Source: Eledone cirrhosa
Lineage: Eukaryota
Assembly (NCBI GenBank): GCA_964016885.1
Contig: OZ024760.1
Span: forward strand, 17,484,001 to 17,548,000
Direction of reading: 5' to 3'
Length of the DNA stretch: 64,000 bases
Every line of letters starts with the position of its first letter. Position 1 is the stretch's first letter. Positions 24,336 through 36,700 of this stretch are shown piece by piece. Under the pieces are notes generated by a model. That model was not told the origin of the DNA and searched no databases. It was given only the letters and a program-made list of their open reading frames with translations. The position numbers and the translations under genes were made by a program.

Positions 24336-25489
24336 CATATATATACATACATATACATATATATATATATATACATATACATATGTATACATATACATAT
24401 ATATACATACATATACATATATACATATATATATCTTTAATTATAATGTATAATAATGTACCTTTTTTGTCCTGTATAATGTTTTTTTAATGTATAAAGA
24501 AATTTAATTGTTGCAGGACTGTTACCACCTAAAATAAAATTTTGCCTGAGATAGACTAGCAAAAATTTAATAAGTGTGTGTGTGTGGGGTGGGTGGGGGT
24601 GGGTGGGAGATCTGAAAAATTGATAAGTGGTGGGGGGTGGGGGCGTCGATTATTCTAAATCTGTGAGTAGTTAACATTTAACATATAATATATTGGGTCA
24701 AGTATGAAATTTGTAGTGAGGCTTATGGTCATATGGTTTTTTTCTATGAATTTCATAGTTGAAGGCCCAATAGGAAATAGCAATGACAGTGGAGTTAAGT
24801 AAATGGTGAGTCATAACCACATTGCTGAGTAATCATTCACTATGATAATGGTGGTGATGAGATCAATGATCATCATCATCATCATCATCATCACAGTTTA
24901 ACGTCCATTTTTCCACGATAGCATGGGTTTGACGAACTGCCCTGTTGTGAGAAATGCCATGATAGGTGACCATGTTTTGCTCATACAGAACTGGTAATAA
25001 TTGTTTCTACTTTTTGGCACAAGGCCAGCAATTACCCCCCTAGTGCATTACTGGTACTTTACTTTATCGACCCCCGTAAGGGTGAAAGGCAAAGTTAACC
25101 TCGGCGGGATTTCAACTCAAATGGCAAGGGCCGTAACTCTATGCTGCAAAGCATGGCGTCCGACCCTCTACCGATACTGACAAACTGGTAATAATAATGA
25201 TGATAATGATAATTGTTTCTTTAAGCACAAGGCCAGCAATTTTGGGAAAGGAGAAAGTCGATTAAATCGACCCCGTAAGGATGAAAGGTAAAGCCAACCT
25301 CGGCGGGATTTGAACGCAGATCGTAAAGGGGCGTAACTCTATGCCTTAAAGCATATTGTCTAGCTCTCTACTGATACTTCCAATACACTACCCTTTAATG
25401 TCTATTTTTCAACGATAGCATGGGTTTGACGAATTGTCCTGTTGTGAGAAATACCAAGTCAGGTGACCATGTGTTGCTCATACAGAACT

Positions 25490-26062
25490 GATAATGAAAT
25501 GATTGTGTACAGTGCTCAGGAGCACTACAACTCATCAAAGGTGCATGTATAGTACATAGAATAATGTACAAATGTCAGGAAAATGAACAGTGTACGAGTC
25601 ATGAAATACATGTGTGTGTGTGTGGAGGGTGAATATCAGGTGTAATGTTGGCAAATCTCCGGAAGCATGGAGGTTTTAAAGGTTGCAGTGTCTCGACAGC
25701 TAACAACTGATGCAGGTAGTTTGTTCCATGCTTCAGCAACTCTGAGCATGAAAAAATGTTTCCGAAAGTCATGGGAGCTGTGCTGTTTTCTGACTTTGTT
25801 GGCATGCCCACTTGTGTTAGAGACATGGAAATCAAAAAGGTACTCAGGGTTGTTGTTGGCAAGATAGTTAATGATTTTGTGGGTGTTTACCAAGACAGTT
25901 GCCAGACGTCGGAGCTTCAATGTATCCATGCCCAGGGAAGCAAGGCATTCAGAGTATGGTAGATGCCTGATGGAGGGTATTTGCTTGGTTGCACGTCTCT
26001 GAACAGTTTCCAGGCGGTCAATGTTCTGAGCAAGATAGGAGTTCCAGACTGGTGATGCAAAT
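25490..26062 (-). mobile_element. CR1/L2-clade LINE 3' end
   Basis: FASPVWNSYLAQNIDRLETVQRRATKQIP..LGMDTLKLRRL..FRKHFFMLRVAEAWNKLPASVV. Confidence 0.88.
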
Positions 26063-27582
26063 TATGATAATGATGATGATGATATTTGCTTAGATATCAT
26101 GAGGTGATGTTAAAAATGATAAAATGTTGCTGATACACACGTGAACACATGTATGTTCTGTAAGGTATGATAAGTTGTTGGTTTAATAATAAGGAAAAGA
26201 GAAAAACAGTTTTGTATAAGCATTACCACCACCACTGCCATCATCAGCATTTTCACCACCACCACCATCATCATCATCAGAATCATCAGCTCCACCACCA
26301 CCATCATCATCATCACCAATATCTCCACCACCACCACCACCATCTTCAAGACCCGTTCCATCTCCAACATCACTATCAGCACCATCACAACCAATCATCA
26401 TCACCACTATCACCACCATCATCATCATCACCAATAACAATGATAATTCTAGTGATTATGCTAATTTTACAGCTTCATACTTGAGACAATGAGTGTGCAT
26501 ATCTAATGAAATAATTAATTCATTAAACTAGTTATATTTTTTTTAGATTAGATTGACATGAGGTCACAGGTGTGGTATGGAAAGGTGAGAGCTAGCAATA
26601 GGGTGTTTAGGTGGGTGGTGTAATTGTTTGAAACAGTCATCATTACATGACCAATACTTTATTTTACCAACCATGATAAAAATCGTCATTTGGTGGTGGT
26701 GGTGATAACGAAAATGATGACAGGTGTTTCAGCGCTTCCCTGCTCTGAGTTTAAATCCAAACAAAATCAACTTTATTTAACAATTTTTATATCAATAATG
26801 GTTTCATTTTTTTTTCTTTTATTCACTTTCGCCCACAACTCATAAAAACATTGCAAATGTGGCCCATTACCCCCCGAGGTTTAACAAACGCTGCATTATG
26901 TAAGAATATATATATATAGGGAGAGTATATATGTTGGCAGAATTGTTAAAGAGTTGGGTGGGATACTTATGCTGTATTTGATCTGCTTCTGAGCATTCTA
27001 AGTTCAAATCCTGCCTCCGGTCACCAGAAAAGCAATGATGCTTTAGCTACGAATTGCAACCTGTAGATATCAGGAATGGAAAGACCAATGGAAACATTGT
27101 TTCCTTGGTCTTATTTGCTAAGTAATGTGACCCACAGATTGTATCAGCAGTGGAAAGACTGATTGAAATGCGAGCAACAGATAATATCAGTAATGGAAAC
27201 ATTGTTTCCTTGGTCCGATCTAATGATTGACCAGTTTCCGATTCTTTTTTTTTTTTTTTTTTTTTTGCCAAAAAAGGAGGACAAGTTGTTAGGATTTAAC
27301 CCTCTTGATACCAACCTACCTGAAACCATCCATGGTTCTATCATACAAAATTGTCCACTTTAAAATGGACAGAGGGTGATGCACTGAAACAACCACTCCA
27401 CCTCAGTTCGAAACCATAGCTTACTAATAACAAAATTAAATATTTTACTAAATTCTAAATATTTTCTTTGGAAATTAATTGAAACATATGAACTGAGTAT
27501 TTCATTAAAAATATAATCACAAAAATATTAATGAAGAAAATTGTTGAAATTCTTTCTTTCAGATTCATAAAAGAATTTCAAA

Positions 27583-27657
27583 ATGGAAGACTTTTCAGAT
27601 GAACTTCTTTTCCTTTACGATTCTGACAACGAAACACAAAAAATTAAACATTCAACG
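27583..27657 (+). CDS. TRMT10B: TRMT10B coding exon 1 (acceptor at 27563 implies an upstream UTR exon)
   Basis: MEDFSDELLFLYDSDNETQKIKHST|gtaatt. Confidence 0.7.
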
Positions 27658-29425
27658 GTAATTAATTATATTTTACATCTTCTTTAGTCATTAATAATTT
27701 CTTTATCTATTTTCTTTTCTCATTACTTTTAAAGAATATTTATTATTATACATATGGCTATAAGGGTGATGGATTGGCAGTAGAATCAGTAGAAGGTTGG
27801 ACAACATGCTTTGTGGCATAGAGTTACGCTCCTTTATGATCTGAGTTCAAATCCCGCCGAGGTTAGCTTTGCCTTTCATCCTTACAGGGTCAATAAACTA
27901 AAGTACCAGTAATGCACTGAGGTCGACTTAATTGACTTTCCCCTCTCTCCAAAATTGTTTGCTTGTACCTAAATCAGAAACCATTATTATTTATCCGAGG
28001 TTAACTTTGCCTTTCATCCTTACAGGGTCGATAAAATAAAATACCAGTAATGCACTGGGGTTGATTTAATCGACTTTCCCCTTTCCCCAAATTACTAGTC
28101 TCCTGAAGGTCAATAGTTCTCTTCTAACTTGAGTGGGAGCGCCTTTCCATTGTCAATTTGCATTGATCATCTGCAAAGCTGCATAGTTCTCAGAACCACT
28201 ACACCAGTCTTTTGATGTGTGCAGCTGGAACTACTGCCACACATTGATTTAGTATTAGTGCGTTTTACTATTTTTTTCTGGCAATATCAGGACAACATGA
28301 CCCTCCCCAAATATAACTATGTTTGATTCTTTTTCAGTTGGTATATTTGTAAGTTTGTTGTGTTTCAGAAAAAGGAGAAAAGAGAAGCTTACTGGCTGAA
28401 GATCAAAGATGGTAATCTACAAACTCGCAAAATTAAAAAACAGGAAAAAAAACAAAGAGCTAAAAATAAAATTCCAGGTAGGAGCCATGTCTGTTAACAT
28501 AAAATTTCACTGGAAGCTGCCATGTTTTTTTAACAATATTTCACTAGGAACTGCCATGTCTTTTCACATAAAATTTTACTAGGAGCTGCCATATCTTTTA
28601 ACATAAAATTTCAGGTAGGAGCCATGTCTGTTAACATAAAATTTCACTGGAAGCTGCCATATTTTCTAGCATAAAATTTCAGGTAGGATATATCTTTTAT
28701 AATAGCTGTATTCATGGTTTCAATTTTTTATTTATCTTGGCCCACATCACATAAAACCATTTCCAATGAAGCCTGTTTCCCTAAACGTTAGCTGACCCCT
28801 GCTCTAGTAAACACTATACACAGCTATCTTAACTAATACCATACTTATTTAAGAGTTATATTTTATTTCATGTTTTCTCACCCTCAATATATTACAGATA
28901 CCCATTCTAAAGAAAATGGCTTGTTAAACAAAAGAGATTATAAACAGTTCATACATGAGAAGAGTGTACAGGCTATGAAGTCTGGCCTGAGAGTTTGTAT
29001 TGATCTGAGTTTTGAAGACAAAATGTCTGAAAAGGTATGTGGATGTATTTTCCTAGAAATATTGTTCTTTTAAAACATTAAAATAAATGTGTATTTTGTA
29101 TATCTAGCGATATACAGTGTGTTTACAAATAGACATTTGAAAGCCTTTAGCTATGAATTTTCGAAGCTGATGACAGAGCCATCTAGTGGATACCAGCAGA
29201 AGCAGGGGTGGGTAACTGCCGACGATCATTGTTTCTGATTCTGGTCGTTATCAAGACAGTGCACCCTTACCTTGCTCTCTGCTGGACCTCAATATAGATG
29301 AAACATATAGTTTTGACACCTTCATACATGGGTTGAATTCTATTAAAATAAAGTACCAGTTATATACTGAGGTTGATTTAATTGCTTTAGCCTAAAATTT
29401 CTCATTTTATACACAAGAAACTACA

Positions 29426-29468
<43 letters not shown>

Positions 29469-32255
29469 AGCAATAATAATGGTTTCTGATTTAGGCACAA
29501 GGCCAACAATTTTGGGCGAGGTGAAAGTCGATTAAATCAACCCCAGTGTGTTACTGGTACTTTATTTTATTGACCCTGTAAGGATGAAAGGCAAAGCCTA
29601 ACCTCGGCGGGATTTGAACTCAGAACCTAAAGCATCATAACTCTATGCTGTGAAGCATGTTGTCTGATGCTCTACCGATTCTGCTAATCCTTTAGTAATA
29701 ATTGTTTCTACTTTTGGCACAAGGCCAGCAATAACCCAGTGTATTACTGGTACTTTATTTTATCGACCCCATAAGGATGAAAGGCAAAGTTAACCTCGGC
29801 GGGATTTGAACTCAGACCATAAAGGGCCGTAACTCTATGCAGCAAAGCATGGCGTCCGACCCTCTAGTAATAATGATAATAATAATAATAGTTTCATTTA
29901 TTGGCCACAAGGGCCAACATATAGGGGACAGTGGGTGTTTACATATACAATGTGTAAAAATATAAATAACAATAACAAAAGATAATGAGCAGGAATAAGG
30001 TATCAATATAACATCATTATGTTTATTTTCATTTGATATTACAACCACTTCCTGTAGAAGAGAAAATGTAAAACATGTTGGGAATAACTTTAAACTTGAC
30101 ATTTATAAATTAAAACAATAAAAATATAAAAATCTCAAATAGTATCCAAGATATGGTATTTTATAATCAGGAAAGGACTTTATGTTCACCCTGTATATCT
30201 ACAAACAAGCAAATAGGACCATCAAACACACATTTATTTATTACATCTTCTAGAGATATAGTATTTTATAATCACAGAAAGATGTTATTCTCACCCTGTA
30301 AATTTGCAAATAAGCAAGTAGCATCCAGTCTAAACTAATGAGGTTGTGTAGGTGTCACGACAAAATAACACAGTCCACACTGTAATGTGGCCATGTAGAA
30401 AACCTGCCAGATAGTCCCATGCTAGTGTGGAATATAGATATTAAACGATGATGATGATGACTGTCATACACACATTTATTTATTTATTACATCTTCTTCT
30501 ATGGAATATTTAAACAGGAAATGTCCAGATTAGCCCAACAATTGGGTAGGATGTATGGCTACAACAGAAAATTAGACAAACCACTGCATATATTTCTCAG
30601 CAGCATCGACCAAAATGGTTATTTTTTTAAAGAATGTATTCGCATCAATCAAGGATTTAAAAAATATTTGGTGAGAAAATTAATAATTTTTTTTCTATTT
30701 CTCTTTAACTAGATTTTGTTCAAATTAGCCACTAATACTGATGTTAAGGTATCGATCACAAAATAAATAATATCAAAATCTCATAGATTCGATATTACGT
30801 GAGGTAAAGCCTTTACCATGAAAATATAATAGTAAATATAGAGTAATGTAAATGTAAATGTTAAAGGGTTAAACTGGGTGTAATCTGGCCAGAATTCTCT
30901 CACCACTTTCTGTTCAAACTGGCTGTAACCTGCCATAACCGGTTGCTCATACTAACATTGAGGTGTTGTTCTCATAGATTCGATATTATGTGAGGTAAAG
31001 CCTTTACCCTGTAAATATAAAAGTAAATATGGAGTAATGTAAATGTTAAAAGGTTAAATTTGTTAATGAGAGATGGATATGTTATTTTCTAATGTGTTAT
31101 TTTTCAGTGGGATGTATCTGATGAATCATATACAGAATTATTTCCAAAAGAAGACATAGTGTATCTGTCACCAGATTCTGACAATGTACTATTGACAATT
31201 AATCCTGATAAAGTGTATATTATTGGTGGACTTGTTGATGAAAGTATACAGAAGGTTAGCCTGGCTCTTTGAATTATTTTAATTGGTTTCAACCTTTTAG
31301 CATTTAAACTGGCCATATCCAGCCAGAATTCTTTCATATCTTTCTGTTCAAACTGGCCACTCATATTGATGTTACGGTATTGTTCTCAAAATAAATAATA
31401 TTAAAATCTCATAGATTCAATATTATGAAAGGTAAAGCCTTTACCATGAATATACAATAGTTTAGATAGAGTAATGTAAATGTTAAAGGGTTAAACTACT
31501 CATAACTACATTTCTAATTAAATACACTCTGTTTCAATTAATTGATGAAGAATTTTGAAAGATTTACTAAAATTATTAATTATTTCATTACTAAGATGTA
31601 AGGTTCTTATATAAAATTATGTTGGAAGATTTTAATATAAATTAGAAACCTTTAAAATGGGTGGTTTTATTTCATAGAACCAGAGCTGGTTTTGGCTGGG
31701 TTGGTAACTAAATGATTAAAGCCCCTTATTGACACCCTTCAATCTCTGGCTCACATATGTGCTGTCTCCTCCTTCTGTTTTTCTTACCACTACTACAGTG
31801 ACTTCTGCTTCTCTGCTCTTGCTAGTCTCATCTCATTTCCACTCCATTGTTATCATCACCACCACGCTATTCTATGTTTGTAAAAAGAGTGGTACTGGTT
31901 TATGTTTGTAGAAAATGACGTACTACAAAGCTCTTCAGAATGGAATCACAACTGCTCGTCTTCCAGTAGATGTGTTTATGATGAATGGTGAAAGGAAAGG
32001 AAATTACTGTCGCATCTTAACCGTCAACCAAGGTGAGGAAATATTCTCTATGCTGGTGTCACAATAAAATACACCCAGTACACTCTGCAAAGTTGATATA
32101 TTAATACTTTGTCTTTTCTCTTTGCAGTACTTGCTGTAATTTCTGAATTTCTGAGAACTGAAGACTGGAGACACACTTTGTCTAGTGAGGTCCCTAAAAG
32201 GAAGGGTCTAGTCTTGAAACCTTTTGAAAATATAACCCCAGACGAGAAATACTGA
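27583..32255 (+). CDS. TRMT10B: tRNA methyltransferase 10 homolog B (SPOUT m1A9 methyltransferase), 7 coding exons, 289 aa
   Basis: Exons 27583-27657, 28369-28477, 28898-29034, 30518-30670, 31108-31254, 31912-32032, 32128-32255, all GT-AG and in frame. Motifs RVCIDLSF, EMSRLAQQLGRMYG, VYLSPDS, VYIIGGLVDESIQK (B-type), TARLP, ILTVNQV, VPKRKG. Confidence 0.92.
28369..28477 (+). CDS. TRMT10B: TRMT10B coding exon 2
   Basis: KKEKREAYWLKIKDGNLQTRKIKKQEKKQRAKNKIP; basic N-terminal region. Confidence 0.8.
28898..29034 (+). CDS. TRMT10B: TRMT10B coding exon 3
   Basis: DTHSKENGLLNKRDYKQFIHEKSVQAMKSGLRVCIDLSFEDKMSEK. Confidence 0.92.
30518..30670 (+). CDS. TRMT10B: TRMT10B coding exon 4
   Basis: EMSRLAQQLGRMYGYNRKLDKPLHIFLSSIDQNGYFFKECIRINQGFKKYL. 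Confidence 0.93.
31108..31254 (+). CDS. TRMT10B: TRMT10B coding exon 5
   Basis: WDVSDESYTELFPKEDIVYLSPDSDNVLLTINPDKVYIIGGLVDESIQK. Confidence 0.95.
31912..32032 (+). CDS. TRMT10B: TRMT10B coding exon 6
   Basis: KMTYYKALQNGITTARLPVDVFMMNGERKGNYCRILTVNQ. Confidence 0.93.
32128..32255 (+). CDS. TRMT10B: TRMT10B last coding exon
   Basis: VLAVISEFLRTEDWRHTLSSEVPKRKGLVLKPFENITPDEKY*. Confidence 0.9.
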
Positions 32256-33789
32256 AGGATTGGAGATGTTCTATATACCGAAGCCCATAATGAAACACTC
32301 TGAGAATAGGATTCCTTGACTTACTATATAGTAGTAGTAGTGCAAACAGAAGGATGCTTTAGTCCTCCTCCTCATCATCATCATCATCATCATGTACAGG
32401 TGTGTATGTGTGCTACAACATCAAGACAGAAACACAAGTTGGTGTTAGGAAGGATATCATCATCATCGTCATCATGTACAGGTGTGTATGTGTGCTACAA
32501 CAATGGTGGTGACAGAAACATTGGTTGGTGTTAGGAAGGACATCTTCCAGCTGTAGAAACAATGTCTGCCATTATGTGGAATATAACATATGAACAAGAA
32601 ATTGTTCTCTGATCTATTTAGTGACAGAGTATGACAACCTATCAAACCCATACCAGTGGACATAAAATGAAGCCCACCCATACTGGATTCTTTTTCTTGC
32701 TTGAATTTGATATTACAGTGATCAATATGTATGAAGATTGTACATGTCCCCCAAAAAAATGTATACACACTTCAACAGCATTCTAATAAATATTGCCTGT
32801 ATAGGTAATCAAGGTATGTATATATTTTTGGGGACACCCTGTGTATATATATTTATTGGAGCCATGACAAAAAGCTCCTAGACCACACTGTAAAGTGGTC
32901 ATGTAGGTGTTGTGACAAAATGTGGCCAATCCACACTGTAAAATGATCGCGTTGGTGTCACGATAAAGAGCACCCAGTCCACACTATGTAATTGGCATTA
33001 GGAAGGGCATCCAGTCGTAGAAATCAAGCCAGAAACAGTTCTGTATGAGCAAGACTTGTAGTTATTTGACCTGACTTGTCTCAGTGAAACAACGGACTTT
33101 AAATGATAACGATAATGATATGAGACTTATGTTGTTAACAGTCAGCTTAAACTGTTAACAGTCAATTTCAGGGAAGGAAGAACTGGCAGGGTTGGTGCTA
33201 CCATTAAAACTAGCAAGGAAGCTGCCTAAGGGTGTACTCCCCAGAGAGGGACATTATGGAACCTTAAAGAATTACAATTTTATACAAATATTTATAATTA
33301 TATACAATATATAATGATTCCTTCGATCAATAAAGAAATCATAAAATATCTGTTCTTTAGCAGTATTGCGGAAATATCAAGTGTTGGAGTGGGTTGTATG
33401 TTATGGGTGTGTGTGAACTGTGTAGTGGAAAATACAGGCTTAGTAATGTTCTTATTGTGGTCACACAAGAGGTGTGAAAAATTAGGTTTGTCAGTTTACC
33501 AAACTGGAACTTGGAATTACTTTAATTGGGGCACATATTGTAGGGATAGATTAGAATACAAAGTACCTAGACACGTAGAGCAAGGCTAGGGCATTAAATA
33601 CCCAGATAAACATTGTCAGTCGAGCATGGGATACTAATACTAAGGCACTGGCTCTATTGTAACAGGTGCAAAGATCACCCCCCCCCCCACCACCACGTAT
33701 ATCACTAATAAGTATTCTGTATAAATAATAAATTAATAATTAACATAACAATACACGTGTGTATGTTTATAATGACTACCATTATTGAG

Positions 33790-36700
33790 AGAGGAAGGGA
33801 ACAGAGGGGCGAACGAAGCTACAGCGATGCAAGCGTGCACACACACACATATATATATATATATGTGTATACTCTAATACACTCACATACATATATATAT
33901 ATATATATATGTATTGTCTAACACACTTACACATGTATACTCTAATACACTCACATACATATATATATACTCCAAAGAGAGAGGCGGGGGGACGAAGCTA
34001 CAGTGATGTACGCGCACACACACACCAGTAACTTATCGTCTGCCACAAACAACATCCAATGTTTACAATATTTCTACGAAGTTACGTTATTTATTTTAAC
34101 AGAGTCATATTACTGAGTTGTGAATGTTCTGGCTTTACATATTTATTTAGTTGAATCTGGTAGAGCGACCAAGTAAAAACTTGGTGTCGTTCTGTCGTAA
34201 TAGTCAAAGAGAAATAAATCGTGCAGGCCTTCAGCTGTATTTTGTCAAGATTTACCTCCTCTTGAGTATAAAGGCGATTTGACTTCACAAAAATTATTTC
34301 CCAGAGAGAGTAACAAAGTGATAGAGGAGGGGGAGTGAAGGCAGAGAGAGAGTAACTAAGTGATAGAGGAGGGGGAGAGAGAAATTAACGTGTTGCGTTG
34401 ACTGCGAGGTAATAGTGTAATAAGAGAGGCTGTTGATTAAATATATTTTGTTTATTTAAAGATTCACTTCTTTAAAATTTCTGAAATGTCAACACTTACG
34501 GTTGGCCATCACTTTAATAAACATACTAATTTTATACTAATGCAGTTTATATATAATATCGTCTTTTTTAATGTATCAGGGATTACGTTACTGATTAAAT
34601 AAGACAGTGTAACGCAGTCTTCATTTAATTTCTATGTATTATATATTGTCAATTACGATTTTATTTGATGTATCATATTTACATGGTGTCGTTCTGTCGT
34701 AACAGTCAAAGGGAAATAAATCGTGCAAGGCCTTCAGCTGTATTTTGACAAGATTTACCTCCTCTTGAGTATAAAGGCGATTTGACTTCACAAAAATTAT
34801 TCCCCAGAGAGAGTAACAAAGTGGTCGAGGAGGGGGAGTGAAGGCAGAGAGAGAGTAACTAAGTGATAGAGGAGGGGGAGTGAAGGCAGAGAGAAAGTAA
34901 CAAAGTGATCGTGGAGGGGGAGTGAAGGTAGAGAGAAAGTAACAAAGTGATCGAGGAGGGGAAGTGAAGGCAGAGATAAAGAAGGAGGGAGTGGAGAGAG
35001 AAATTAACATGTAGATATAATGAGGGAGGGGGGGAAAAATATATAAAGAGAGAGGCAGATATAAAGAGAGAACGAAGCTACAGTGATGTACGCGCGCCCA
35101 CACTCAACTACTCTCTCTCTCACCAGTAACTTACCGTCTGCTTCAAACAACATCCAATGTTTATCATATAACTATATTCATTTTGTTGAATCTGGTAGAA
35201 TGACCAAGTAAAGTCTTGATGTCGTCCTGTCGTAACTTTTAAACGAAGCGGGGAAAGTAACAAAGTGATAGGGAAGGAGTGAGAGGAGAGAGAAAGTAAT
35301 AACGTGATAGAGAGGGAGAGAAAGTAATAACGTAATAGGGAGGGAGTGATAGGAGAGAGAAAGTAACAAAGTGATAGAGGGGGGAAAGAGAAAGTAACAA
35401 AGTGATAGAGGGGGAAAGAGAAAGTAACAGTGGTAGAAAGGGCGTGGGGGAAGAGAGAAAGTAACAAAGTGATAGGGAGAAAGTAACAAAGTGATAGGGA
35501 GGGAGTGAGAGAGAGAAAGTTATAACCTGATAGGGAGGGAGTGAGAGAGAGAAAGTTATAACGTGATAGAGAGGGAGTGAGGGGGAGAAAGAAAGTAATA
35601 AAGAGACATGGGGGGAGGGAAGAGAGAGAGAAATAAACGCTTTGGATTGACTGAGGTAACGAGAGAGAGGGAGAACTACGCTACAATGATGTACACATTC
35701 ACTCTAACACATACACAGCAGTAACTTATCGTCTGCCACCAACAACATCCAATGTTTACAATATTTCTACGAAGTTACGTTATTTATTTTAACATTTCTT
35801 CGTTGTTTTTCATCAACAGAGTCATATTACTGAGTTGTGAATGTTATTATGGCGAATACATTGTTGTTTCTTAGTCTGGTTTTGTATATTTATTTTGTTG
35901 AATCTGATCGAGCGACCATGTAAAAACTTGGTGTTGTTATGTCGTAACTTTTAAACAAATTTTAGTAAAAATCAAGAGAAAGTAATCGGGCAGACCTTCA
36001 GCTGTATTCTGTCAAGATCTATTTCCCTTGGACTATAAAATTTATAAAGAGGGAGTTAGGGGAGAAAGATAGTAACAAAGATATACAGGGGGTGAGGGGA
36101 GAGAGAAATAACAAAGATATACAGGGGGTGAGGGGAGAGAGAAAATAAATATATAAAGAGGGTGTGAGGGGAGAGAGAAAATAAAGAGGGTGTGAGGGGA
36201 GAGAGAAAATAAAGATATAGAGAGGGTGTGAGAGGAGAGAGAAAGTAAGTAAGATATATAGAGGGAGTAAGGGGAGAGAGAAAAGAAAGATATAAAGAGG
36301 GTGTGAGGGGAGAGAGAAAATAAAGATATAGAGACGGTGTGAGGGGAGAGAGAAAATAAAGATATAGAGAGGGTGTGAGGGGAGAGAGAAAGTAAGTAAG
36401 ATATAGAGAGGGTGTGAGGGGAGAGAGAAAGTAAGTAAGATATATAGAGGGAGTAAGGGGAGAGAGAAAGTAAGAAAGATATAGAGAGGTGTATGAGGGG
36501 AGAGAGAAAGTAACAAAGAGATAGAGGGTATAAGGAGATAAGGAGAGGGAGAGAGAGGAAGTAATAAAGAGAGAGAAACAGAGAGAAAATAATACAGAGA
36601 GAGAGGGAGAACTACGCTACAGTGATGTACACATTCACACATACACATTTATATATACACTAACACATACACAGCAGTAACTTATCGTCTGCCACCAACA

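Noticed and set aside
26167-26484. His-rich ORF
   Set aside because: (CAT/CAC)n microsatellite with no splice or homology support
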